Shown: one piece after another, positions 32,459 through 42,556 of the stretch
Position numbering within the stretch: the first letter of the stretch is position 1
How the letters are laid out: the number at the start of each line of letters is the position of its first letter
Assembly (NCBI GenBank): GCA_963804955.1
Contig: CAWDSQ010000016.1
Span: 96,001 to 160,000 of the forward strand
Origin: an uncultured delta proteobacterium
GTDB lineage: Bacteria; Desulfobacterota; WTBG01; CAIYCZ01; CAIRTM01
Length of the DNA: 64,000 nucleotides
Reading direction: 5' to 3'
Program-made: the position numbers and the translations under genes
Notes under the pieces: generated by a model
What the model was told of the DNA's origin: nothing
Database searches by the model: none
Seen by the model: only the letters and a program-made list of their open reading frames with translations

Positions 32459-33010
32459 CTATCGCTTGCCGGCGGCTGTTTTTTTACTAGCCACCTGAAC
32501 AGCTTTGACAATTTTTACATATCCGGTGCAGCGGCAGATATTGCCTTCCAGACCGCGCCGGATTTCCTCTTCCGTGGGCTTTGGGTTCTTCTCAAGAATG
32601 GAAACTGCCTTGAGAACCATGCCCGGCGTGCAGAAGCCGCATTGTATGGCGCTTTCATCGACAAAGGCCTTCTGAACGGGATGCAGCTCGCCATCTTTTG
32701 CAAGACCGGCAGCGGTGATGATATGCTTGCCGTCCATGGTGGCTGCCAGTGCTATACAGGCAAGAATGGGTTTCTTCTTCGCCTTTTCGATGGAGCAGTA
32801 GGTTGTGTGGGCGTCGACGGTCTTGCATTTCATGCCGCCTTCTTCCACCAGCAGCACGGTGCAGGCGCCGCATTCGCCGCGGCCGCAGCCGTATTTAACG
32901 TCAGTCAGGTTCAGCTGATCCCTGATGACCTGAAGAAGGGTATGATGAACGGGTACGTTCAGATTATACTCCTCCCCATTTATATACAGGGTTATTGCAC
33001 GTTTTTTCAT
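32459..33010 (-). CDS. XDH-family 2x[2Fe-2S] small subunit (CoxS-like)
   Basis: KYGCGRGECGACTV, QCGFCTPG, GNICRCTGY. Confidence 0.92.
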   Translation of the reverse strand: MKKRAITLYINGEEYNLNVPVHHTLLQVIRDQLNLTDVKYGCGRGECGACTVLLVEEGGMKCKTVDAHTTYCSIEKAKKKPILACIALAATMDGKHIITAAGLAKDGELHPVQKAFVDESAIQCGFCTPGMVLKAVSILEKNPKPTEEEIRRGLEGNICRCTGYVKIVKAVQVASKKTAAGKR

Positions 33011-33053
33011 GATTAAATCTCCTTAAAGATAATGTTGTGAAATAGTCCTGTAA

Positions 33054-33924
33054 TTACTTTCCAAGTGCTTCAACAATTATGCGCTTGACCATGACGCCCG
33101 CTACATCGCGCCGATACTCTGCCGTGGAGCGAACATCATCAATGGGCTTAATTTCCGTGGGGACTGTTTCAACAATCTTCTGGAGAACATCGTCGGTAAT
33201 CTGGCTGCCTTTCAGGAGCGCCTCGACTTTTTTCAGCCGAATGGTGGTCGGCGCCACTGCGCCGATGGCAACGCGTGCTTCCTTGCAGGTCTTGCCTGAC
33301 ATGTCCAGACGCACGGCAACATTGACCTTGGAAAGGTCAAGGGTGGTGCGGGTCATGCGGGCAAACGCATTGCAGGAGCCGGTTGTCACCGGGGGCAGCT
33401 TTATTTCGACGGCAAGTTCATCGCTTTTGCAGGCCGTTTCTTTATACTTCACGATAAAAGTCATCGATGCTGACTTCCCGCTTGCCCTTGGGGCCGCGCA
33501 GGACCAATTTGCCGCCAATCGCAAGGATCGCGCAGCAGCAGTCCCCTGAGGGGGAAGCGCGCATGATATTACCAACAACGGTGCCCATATTGCGTGTCTG
33601 GGGCGTACCGTTAATGGCTGCTGATTTCCACAGAGCAGGATATCTCTTCTGCACGTCGGCATTGTCGGCAACCTGTTGCAGCGTTGCCATGGCGCCGATG
33701 CGCAGCCCGTTTTTGCTGTCGTACTCGACATAGTCAAGACCGGGAATTTCGGCAAGACTGATAACATTGGGGCTGCCAAATCCCTTGGTCAACGAGATCA
33801 CTACGTCGGTGCCGCCAGCCATGACGGAAGCCTTGTTTTTCAGCTTGCCAAGCAAGTCAACGGCTTCCTTGATGCTCTGGGGCATCAGCAGCTCGAATTC
33901 CGGCAGTATTCGACTACTGGCCAT
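33054..33924 (-). CDS. XDH-family FAD-binding medium subunit (CoxM-like); one frameshift
   Basis: MAGGTD, LRIGAMATL, QTRNMGTVVGN..ASPSGD, IGAVAPT, PIDDVRSTAEYR. Confidence 0.9.
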
Positions 33925-34101
33925 AAGTTAAACCTCCTTATTCAATTAGTTTAAACGTGTACGTGGGTTTCTACCAAATATAAAGGCTTTCTGTTCCAGC
34001 CACCTCCTTTCGAAACTGATTTGTATAAAATAAAAAGAACTGAATGATTCTTGCGTCGTGCTGCTATCGCTTCCGCAACAGCGGCATACTCAGACTGCTG
34101 C

Positions 34102-34256
34102 CAATAAAAAACCGGTCCCGTGACGTCAAGGACCGGCTCGCTTACAATCGCGAACCGTATCTCCTTTCCGCCACGGGAGGCATGACCTTTCGGGCCATGC
34201 CCTGTCGTCCGTCTGTTCACAAGCTTGGGCTTTTAGAATGCGGCCGGCTTGGAGAT
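34102..34256 (-). ncRNA. Moco/Tuco riboswitch (P3-less) with intrinsic terminator, upstream of the XDH-family operon
   Basis: P1 AUCUCC/GGAGAU; UCUAA-AAGC/GCUU-GUGA in P2; P4 GGGCAUGGCC-CGAAA-GGUCAUGCCU; CCCGUGGCGGAAAGGAG; terminator AGCCGGUCC..GGACCGGUUUUUU. Confidence 0.8.
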
Positions 34257-34298
34257 CCCTGCTGTTCCGAATCTCTGCCGCGTATGCCTGCTCTGCCG

Positions 34299-35696
34299 CT
34301 ACGAGACTTTACACTCTACCCTTACGCACCCGGGAGCGTCAACGCGTCGCCGGTAAAAAATGCGGCAACATAAAAATGTCACCCCAGCGGGCTCAGTCAC
34401 ACGCGCTGCCATGGGCCAGCACCGCATAGGCCCAGGTCGAATTTCCCGGCTCGCTGCGCGGTTTGGAGCTATTTGCCGGTCACCGGCTCGCGCACCGGCG
34501 TGGGACCATGGCCGGCAATAACAGTCATTGCCATAATAGACCCGCCACGAGCCGTCCAGAAGCTGCCGCACCTCGACCGGCGCTTTTGCATATGATATGC
34601 GCTTGCGGCCGGGCGGCACATCGATTCGGATATCCCCGAGCACGACCTTATTATCATGCTGCACGGTTGCGGGATAATAAAAGCTGCAGACCCGCTCAAG
34701 ATCAACGCCTTCGGGCAGCTTCCGCCATGCAGGCTCGGGCTGTTCGGGCTCGCAGGCATGGCTGCGGTTGAATGCCGCTATAAGGCCATGATCAAGCAGC
34801 TTATTGGCCTTGTCAGTTCTGCTATATCTCTGCCTTCAAACTGGCCGGCAAGAAATGTTTCAAACAGAAGCCGTAATGCTCATGATCCGGCGCTTGCTTT
34901 CAAGATAATGCGCGATGCCCAGCGCCTGCAGCGCCCGCTCGACCTGGCTCGGGTCCCGCTCGCCGCGCAGCTCCTCTTCAAGAGTCCAGGAGCGGTCGCT
35001 GCGGCGCACGGCGCTGCGGCTGTGCTGGCAGAATGCCGGTGGCACGCCGCAGGTGCGCACAACCTCACGCATCAGCCAGAGATACGCCTCTGCTTGTTTG
35101 TGCCGGGAAAAAGCGCGCCGCAAGACAGCTCAGCGTGGCCGTGTCGACCGCTGCCATAAAGCAGCTTTCGTGCTCGCCAAACCATTTTTTCGTAATGCCG
35201 CCCCACAGCACCATCATGCCTTCACTGGCATAGCAGGCTGACCGCGGGTCGCCGCTGCCTGTCCTTCCGGCCTGGTTCGCTTGATGCCCTCGGCGCGCAG
35301 AATTCTTCGAATTGTTTCACGGCTGAGGCTGATGCCGTGCTCGGCCTGCAGCCGCAGCGTTAGCTGCGTATCATTTAGAGCCGCGTACCGCGTGCGGGCA
35401 AGATGCAGAATGCGCGTGCGCACATGATCACTTAAGGCCCTGTGCGAGCGCCTGCCGATATTGCCGTGCAGCACGCCGCGCGCGCCGTTGCGGACAAATG
35501 CCTGCTTGAGCCGTTTTGCCTGCCGGTAGCTGACGCCTATTTTACCTGCGCGCCTCTCGCAGCGTAATATAGCCGTCAAGCACCATCTGCAGAAAATGGA
35601 TGCGCTGGAGCTGACCGGGGCTGAACGCGAGCAACTGCGTTTGCAGGCCGGCGCATCGGCGGCTATCTTCTTGTTGAGCTGTTCTGCATGGCTCAA
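34299..35696 (-). mobile_element. ISNCY (IS1202-group)-like transposase derivative, DDE residues substituted, frameshifted
   Basis: GVSYRQAKRLK..HGN, ISLSRETIRRIL, WTLEEELRG, EVRQLLDGSWRVYY; end-like GGGGTGACATTTTTATG near 34370-34385. Confidence 0.75.
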
Positions 35697-35771
35697 AAAA
35701 ACCCCTTCTGCATCATATAGGAAAAAAACAGCGGGGTTTCGCAGTCGGCCATGGTCTGCTCATTGAATATT

Positions 35772-36432
35772 TCACGCGGGGTGCCCATGTCCACGTTCTT
35801 TGCCGTCGGCATATACAATGACTCTATCTGCCAGGCAGTAGGCCTCGAAAATATCATGGGTCACCAAAACAACCGGTATGCGGTAAAGTTGTGCCTGATG
35901 TCGCGCAGAAAGTCGCGCATCTCCGTGCGCAGATGCTGAGTCGAGGGCTGAGAAGGGCTCGTCAAGCAGCAGCAGATCGGGCTGCCGGATAAGTGCCCGG
36001 GCAAATGCCACACGCTGTTTCTGCCCACCTGAAATTTCGCAGGGCAATTTATACTCAAGTCCTTCAAGGTGAAAAAGATCCATGATGTCCCGCAGACGCC
36101 GGTTGCGATCCTGCGGGCTGATGCCTGCGGCGCCGTACAGAATATTTTTTTCAACGGTCATATGGGGGAACAGGGCAAGATCCTGAAACACATAGCCGAT
36201 GCGGCGCTTCTGAGGGGGCAGACATATATTCGCTGACGGTATCAAGCAGCACGGTGTCACCAAGCGTTATGAAGCCCTTGTCGGGCTTCATGTGGCCCGC
36301 AATCAGCTGCAGGGTCAGTGACTTGCCTGCTCCGGATGGCCCGAAAATGACGGCGAGCTCATCCCCGACCTCCCAGGAAACAGCAAGATGAAATCCTTTT
36401 ACTTTTTTATCGACCGTGACTTTAAAACCCAT
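35772..36432 (-). CDS. modC: Molybdate ABC transporter ATPase; frameshifted
   Basis: [39 protein letters not shown]. Confidence 0.88.
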
Positions 36433-37186
36433 ATCGATATCCTTGCATTCCGGGCTACATGCTCTGTTGCGTGTTTTTTAAAACGGCGACAGGCCGTTTC
36501 TGCCGCATTTGCGAAACCGCGCGGTCAGGCTGTTTGCGATCAGGAGCAGCCCGCCGGATACGACTGTAAAAACCGCGACCATGACATGCGCCCGCGGCCA
36601 GTCGCCGCTTGCAGCGCTTGTGTAAATGGCAAGGGGCATGGTGTCGGTTCGGCCGGGAATATTGCCGGCCATCATGAGGGTTGCCCCGAATTCGCCCATA
36701 GCACGGCAAAAGAGAGCAGAAGCGCGCCGGCAATGATTCCCGGTTTTGCCAGGGGCAGTATCACTTTGAAAAAAGTTTCAAGCTCGGAGCGGCCCAGGGA
36801 ATATGATGCATTTACTAAATTGACATCGACCGACTTCAATGGCGGCCCGTGATGTCTTGACCATCAGCGGCAGAGACACGACAAACGAGGCCAGCACAGC
36901 GGCATACCAGGTAAACATGATGCTCAGGCCCTGTACTCTCGTATATCCAGCTGCCCAGAAAGCCGTTTCTGCCAAAAAAGATAATCAGGTAGTACCCTGT
37001 CACGCTCGGCGGCAGCACCAGCGGCAGGGTGCAGAGCATGTCAAGCAGCTGCCTGCCGCGAAAGTCACATCGCGCAAGAACATAGGCAGCTGCCATACCA
37101 ATAACGATCACAAAGCAGGTTGCGGTCAGTGCGACCTGCAGCGACAATCGGAGTGAAAAAAGTGTTGTGCCGTCAAGACCGCTCAT
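36429..37186 (-). CDS. modB: Molybdate ABC transporter permease; frameshifted, 3' end approximate
   Basis: LPLVLPPSVTGYYL, GEFGATLMMAGNIPGRT. Confidence 0.88.
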
Positions 37187-37960
37187 GGTTTTGCAAAACC
37201 GTATTTTTCAAGAATGCTGCGTGCTGCGGTGTCACCGGCAACAAACTCGCACAAACGTTCTTGCCGCTTGTGGGCTTTTCGTGTTTTTTATAACCGCTGC
37301 CGGATACAGCACCGGGCTGTGAGCTGCTTGCGGGACACGCAAAAAAAATGCTCGCCCCGGTCGGCTGCGTGAGCGCATCGGTTTTGTACACAATGCCCGC
37401 ATCGACTTCTCCGCGAACCACATAATCGAGCACCTGTCGCACATTTTCACCCATAATGAGTTTTTCTTTGAGCACATCGCTCAACTTGAAAAAAGCAAGC
37501 ACTTCCCCTGCATACCGTCCGGCGGGAACGGTCTGCGGATTGCCGATACCGATTCTGCGAACTTCGGGTTTTTTTAAATCGTCCATGCCTGCAAGCTTCA
37601 GGCTCGACTGGGAGGGTTTCACAAGGACGATACTGTTGCCGGCAAACACAGCCCGGGTTTCGGGGATCGAGTAGATGTTTGCTTTCTATGTCATTCATGT
37701 CTTTGGGCGATGCCGAGGCAAACACATCAACCGGCGCGCCCGCTTCGATCTGCCGGGCAAGGTCGCCGGAACCGCCGAAATTGAAAAGCACTTTAACCGT
37801 CGGGTTTATTGCTTCAAAGCTCTTGCCAATCTCTTAAAAAGCGTTTTTCAGGCTGATGGCGGCGGACACGGTTATCTCGGCCTGTCCGGAAGCATTGAAA
37901 CGGGTAGACAGAGAAAAAGCAAAGGGCTGCGGCGGCAAACAGGAAACGTTGACGATTCAT
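37173..37960 (-). CDS. modA: Molybdate-binding periplasmic protein; frameshifted
   Basis: SD AGGAGG; AAISL, FGGSGDLARQIEAGAP.DVFASA, VPAGRY, NVRQVL..GEVDAGIVY. Confidence 0.88.
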
Positions 37961-37983
37961 GGTCCTCCTTCATGAAAAACGGG

Positions 37984-38139
37984 CAATAAAAAAAGCCGCT
38001 CCCGTGGCGACACGAGACCGGCTCATTGGAGCAATCGACCAATCTCCTTTCCGCCACGGGAGGCATGACGTCTTTCGGCATAAGCCCTATCGGTCGAACA
38101 TCCATTGTTTTTTTACGGTAGGACTTTCGACTCGGAGAT
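37984..38139 (-). ncRNA. Moco/Tuco riboswitch (P3-less) with intrinsic terminator, upstream of modABC
   Basis: AUCUCCGAG..CCUAC..AUGG..AGGG..GAAA..AUGCCUCCCGUGGCGGAAAGGAGAU; terminator AGCCG..CACGGGAGCGGCUUUUUUU. Confidence 0.88.
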
Positions 38140-38159
38140 ATAGTTTGTAATTATTAGTA

Positions 38160-38188
38160 ATAATAATGATTTTGTCTATGTGCGTCAA
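38160..38188 (-). promoter_or_regulatory. sigma70 promoter for riboswitch-modABC
   Basis: TTGACG-N17-TATTAT about 20 nt upstream of the aptamer. Confidence 0.65.
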
Positions 38189-38354
38189 GGGTTGAATAGA
38201 AAAAACTAATTGCAGAATTATTTTGTCCCCATGGCCGGATGACCTTGTAGCTTCCCTCATGCGCCCTGCCCCCGCTGGGTTGTGGCTTTGATGCTGCGCG
38301 TACTCTATTGTTCCCATATTTTGTCCCTAGCAAGCTCCCTGCTGCAAGGATTCT

Positions 38355-38371
38355 TTCAATAGTCGTGCCAA
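38355..38371 (-). promoter_or_regulatory. sigma54-like promoter facing modABC
   Basis: TTGGCACGACTATTGAA (GG-N10-GA variant). Confidence 0.6.
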
Positions 38372-38443
38372 GATAAACGGTGGGTAATTGCAATGAAAAA
38401 ACGGCCCTTTTTACGGGAAAAACTTGACACGGGGTAGGAATTG

Positions 38444-38478
38444 TGTCCAAATATGGACAGCGTGACCATTTGTGGTCA
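38444..38478. promoter_or_regulatory. Tandem palindromes, candidate activator binding sites
   Basis: TGTCCA-AATA-TGGACA and TGACCA-TTTG-TGGTCA, 75-110 bp from the sigma54 site. Confidence 0.55.
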
Positions 38479-38580
38479 GAAGACGGGCACATCGCCGACA
38501 AAATGATGTGGCAGAAACAGGGGCAGACAAAAGACCTGCGGCTGCTGGCCGTACAGGCCTGTCCTATGAAAGAAACCCGC

Positions 38581-40083
38581 ATGGATGAGCTGCAAAACTA
38601 TCAGACTCTTCTGCAAATCACCAACGCCACCATCAATGAGCGCACGCGGGAGGGTCTATTCCGGGAGATTGCGACCGTGCTCAGCCCTGTCTTGCTTTGA
38701 CCGCATCGAGCATTCTGATCAACAACCCCGGTAAATCCCACTGGGAATATTTCACACCCGCTCTGGGTGCTACCATCCCGGACTTAAAAATAACACCATA
38801 CCCCCGGAGCGGGCGGCGGTGCCCGTGCGCGTCATGACGGAAAAACGAACCATCATCACTGATCTTGACCGGGACAGCGGCCTTCCGGAAGCCGCGCTTT
38901 TGCGGCGGGCCCGGATTCGCTCTTTTGTCTGCACGCCGCTGCTCATGCGCGACCAGGTGCTCGGATCGGTACAGTTTTTTACCGCGACGCCCGCCCCTAT
39001 GCGCCGAGGAGATCGAGCTGTGCGAAAAAGCATGTCGGCAGATCGCCCTTGCCATCGACAATATGCTCGCCTACGAGTCCCTCGAACAGATGCGGGACCA
39101 GCTCTCTAGGAAACAGCCTTCCTCCGACGGGAAATGGCCAGCATCGACTGCGCCGAGATCGGTATGCAAGCCCTGCATGGAGCGTATCATCGAAATCATT
39201 AAGGCCGTTGCCGACGCCGACACGACCGTGCTCGTCACCGGCGAAACCGGCACAGGCAAAGACCTCGTCGCACGCAAGATCCATGAATGGAGCTCCCGCC
39301 GGGCAATTCTTCATAAGGTCAATTGCGCCGCCCTGGTGCCCACGCTGATAGAAAGTGAACTGTTCGGCCATGAAAAAGGCGCCTTTACCGGCGCTGCGGC
39401 ACGCAAAATTGGACGGTTTGAGCTTGCCCAGAACAGCACGCTGTTTCTTGATGAAATCGGCGAGCTGCCGCTGCAACGCAGGCAAAGCTGCTGCAGGTTC
39501 TGCAGGAGCACGAGTTCGAGCGCGTGGGCGGCACGGAAACCATTCGTACCGATGCTCGCATCATCGCGGCAACCAATCACAACCTCAGCGCGATGGTGGT
39601 GGAGGCAAGGTTTCGTGAGGACCTGTTCTACCGGCTCAATATCTTCCCCGTGCCGTGCCGCCCCTGCGGGAACGGCGCGAGGATATAGCAGTTCTGGGCA
39701 GGTACTTCGCGCCGCTGTAGCACAAAGCTTCGACGGCCGCAGCCCCGCTTCAACAAAAGCGCGTTGACGTGCTGTTGCGTTACGACTGGCCCGGCAATGT
39801 GCGGGAGCTTCAGAACTTCATGGAAAGGGTGATCATACTGAAATCGAACCAAACCATGACCGGCGACGATATAGCACCATGCTCAACAGTTCAGCGACGC
39901 AGCGCGACGGCGCGTGACCCTTGAAGACGCCGAACGACGCCACATCGAAACATGCTCTGAAAAATGCAACGGTGTCATTGCAGGCCCGCGGGGCGCTGCC
40001 GAGCAGTTGAACATGAAACGAGCACGCTGCAGCACCGCATGAAAAAGCTGGGGGTTCAGGCAGACACGTACAGAAAGGCTTGA
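38581..40083 (+). CDS. GAF-AAA+-HTH sigma54 activator (FhlA/HyfR-like); several frameshifts
   Basis: [50 protein letters not shown]. Confidence 0.85.
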
Positions 40084-40106
40084 TCTCTTCCGGCAGCAGG
40101 GCACAC

Positions 40107-40142
40107 AAAAAGCTCCGGCTGTACGTACAGCCGGAGCTTTTT
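40107..40142. terminator. Bidirectional terminator between convergent genes
   Basis: Perfect 36-bp palindrome AAAAAGCTCCGGCTGTAC|GTACAGCCGGAGCTTTTT. Confidence 0.85.
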
Positions 40143-40207
40143 ATAGAGAGCATATCTTCATTAAAAAAGTTCCCGGCAGACCTTGAAATACAGATAAAGC
40201 TCTAAAA

Positions 40208-41536
40208 CTACTGTGGCATCGGAGTGCCTGATGGTGGGTCGGGGGGTTTCTTGTGCGTGCATGAGTCTGCATCGCCATCAAGGTTGAATAGTTTTCTCGC
40301 CGCCTCAACATAGAGGCTGCCGTCATGATTTTCCGACTGCTTTTTCAGCACAACCACGGGAGCATGCAGGAGCTTGTTAACGATTGCCGCGGTCAGGCCC
40401 TCTATGGCATCGATGTGTTCAGGGGTGAGGCCCTTTGTTTTGGCAAGCATTTTTTCCATTTCAGCTGTTTTTATACGCTCGCCTTTTTCCCGAATCGCAA
40501 CAATCGTCGGCACAACCTCAAGGGATTTCATCCAGGTTGCCGCCTCGGCAACCTCGGCCTCGACAACCGACTCGGCCTGTCGGGCCTGCAGCGTGCGCTC
40601 TTTCATGTTTTCCCGGACAATGGTGTTCAGGTCATCAACATCAAAAAGGAAAACATTGTCAATCTCATTGACGCCGGGGTCGATGTTGCGGGGCACTGAA
40701 ATATCGATCATGAACATGGGCCTGTTTTTACGCTCTTTTTCCAGCGCGGCAATGTCCCCGGGCTTAATGAGATAATGAGGCGCTCCGGTTGAGCAGATAA
40801 CAATATCGGCGCGGTGGAGCTGGGAGAGAAAGCCTTCAAACGGTACGGCCGTTCCCCTGAATTCAGCGGCCAGGGCTTCGGCCTTCGCAAAATCCCGGGT
40901 GGTGATCAGCACCTCGCTGGCGCCGCTTCCCACCAGGTGCTTGAGGGCAAGCTCTGCCATTTCCCCGGCGCCGACGATAAAAACTATCTTTTTTGCAAGC
41001 GAGCCGAAAATTTTTTCCGCAAGCTCGACGGCAACGGAACTTACGGAAACGCGCAGCTGGGAGATGGCCGTTTCGGTCCGTACTTTTTTCGCCACCGAAA
41101 TCGCTTTTTTGTAAATGCTGTTCAGCACGACGGCCGTGGACTTTTGGGCAAGGGCCGCCTCGAAGGCGTCCTTGACCTGCCCCAGGATCTGAGCCTCGCC
41201 GACAACAAGGGAGTCGAGGCTTGAGGCGACCCGGAAGATGTGCTTGATGGCATCGGTGGCACAGTAGCGGTACAGGTGGGGAAGCAGCTGGCTTCTGTCG
41301 ATGCCGAATTTCTCGACAAGAAAACCGACGATTTTTTCAAAGCCTTCTTCGGTGTCTTTTACTGCAGCGGCAATTTCAACGCGGTTGCAGGTCGAAAGGA
41401 TGAGGGACTCATCAACCGTGGGCAGGTTCAAAAGGCTGCAGAGGGCCTCGGGCAGCTCTTCCGCTTTGAACGCCAGCTTTTCGCGAAGCGCAACATCTGC
41501 GGTCTTATGATTGAGCCCTACCAGAATTAAGTTCAT
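40208..41536 (-). CDS. hemA: Glutamyl-tRNA reductase
   Basis: GLNHKTA, STCNRVE, SLVVGEAQILGQ, GAGEM, DISVPRNI. Confidence 0.95.
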   Translation of the reverse strand: MNLILVGLNHKTADVALREKLAFKAEELPEALCSLLNLPTVDESLILSTCNRVEIAAAVKDTEEGFEKIVGFLVEKFGIDRSQLLPHLYRYCATDAIKHIFRVASSLDSLVVGEAQILGQVKDAFEAALAQKSTAVVLNSIYKKAISVAKKVRTETAISQLRVSVSSVAVELAEKIFGSLAKKIVFIVGAGEMAELALKHLVGSGASEVLITTRDFAKAEALAAEFRGTAVPFEGFLSQLHRADIVICSTGAPHYLIKPGDIAALEKERKNRPMFMIDISVPRNIDPGVNEIDNVFLFDVDDLNTIVRENMKERTLQARQAESVVEAEVAEAATWMKSLEVVPTIVAIREKGERIKTAEMEKMLAKTKGLTPEHIDAIEGLTAAIVNKLLHAPVVVLKKQSENHDGSLYVEAARKLFNLDGDADSCTHKKPPDPPSGTPMPQ

Positions 41537-41572
41537 ACAGGAAGTTTCATGCCGTGTAAAACACGTTCGGGT

Positions 41573-42391
41573 TTAAAAAAATGCATGCCATTCATTTTGC
41601 GAAAAATACGTCGTTGCCGCAAATGCGGCCATGACAAGCACAAAGCCAAGGACCGACAGGAAAGCCCCCTTTTTCGCCCGCCAGCCCAAACTGTATCTGC
41701 CGTGAAAAATCACGAGATAGAAAACCCATGAAAGCATGGCAAACAGCATTTTTGTATCGGTAATCGAGATGCTGCCGAATGCTGTTTTTGCCCAGAAAAA
41801 ACCCGCCATAATGCCTATGGTCAAAAGAAAAAAACCGATGGACAGTACTTTTATGCTGATATCATCAAGCATATTCAGGGGCGGCAGCTTGTAGAAGAAG
41901 TTGGTAAGCCGCTTTTGTTTCAGAAGCCTGTCCTGAATAAGGTACATGATGCCCACAGAAAAAGAGATGCCGAAAAAAACAAAGCCCGTGACCGAAAAAA
42001 TGGTATGGATTAAAAACCAGTTGCTGTGCAGCAGGGGATCAAAGGGGGTTATACTCTTGGGCAGCAGCAGGGCGCCGCACAGGCTGGCAACAGCAACAGG
42101 AAGAATAAAAGCTCCCAGGGCATATATTTTATACCAGCGCCCTAAAACCAGAGAGATAATCACCAGGGCCCAGCTGAAAAATGCTATTGATTCATATACC
42201 TTGCTGAACGGGAAATAGCCGCTCTCGATCATGCGGGAGCACAGGGACAGCGTATGCAGTATCAGGCCGATACAGCACAGAGCAACTGAGCTGAAGGCCA
42301 GTTTTTCTGTTTTATTGTATACATAGAACCAGCAGGAAATGGTCCCGAAAAAATAAAGCAGGAGAGCTGCGTACATGAATGAAATGTTCAT
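41573..42391 (-). CDS. Cytochrome c assembly / HemX-CcsA family membrane protein
   Basis: Many TM helices, W..IH, YLIQDRLLKQK, GFFWA; upstream of hemA. Confidence 0.8.
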   Translation of the reverse strand: MNISFMYAALLLYFFGTISCWFYVYNKTEKLAFSSVALCCIGLILHTLSLCSRMIESGYFPFSKVYESIAFFSWALVIISLVLGRWYKIYALGAFILPVAVASLCGALLLPKSITPFDPLLHSNWFLIHTIFSVTGFVFFGISFSVGIMYLIQDRLLKQKRLTNFFYKLPPLNMLDDISIKVLSIGFFLLTIGIMAGFFWAKTAFGSISITDTKMLFAMLSWVFYLVIFHGRYSLGWRAKKGAFLSVLGFVLVMAAFAATTYFSQNEWHAFF

Positions 42392-42556
42392 AGTTCGTGC
42401 CCGTGCGAGTTTTTTATGTGGCTGAGGGGAACAATGAATATATCGAATTGTTCATACTATCATTTTAATTGACAGGCAACAATTAGAAATATAAATTGCT
42501 GTTCTTTGTTGTCTTTTTCAAACACGCTCACTATGGCTGCTCCAGGGGACAACTCC

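Noticed and set aside
30056..33924. Aerobic CO dehydrogenase (coxMSL order plus coxD/coxE)
   Set aside because: Active-site loop is GAYRGYG, lacking the Cu-binding AYxCSFR motif; yqeB/yqeC point elsewhere
38087..38317. 76-aa ORF as a real gene
   Set aside because: No recognisable motif, and its 3' part runs through the promoter and riboswitch
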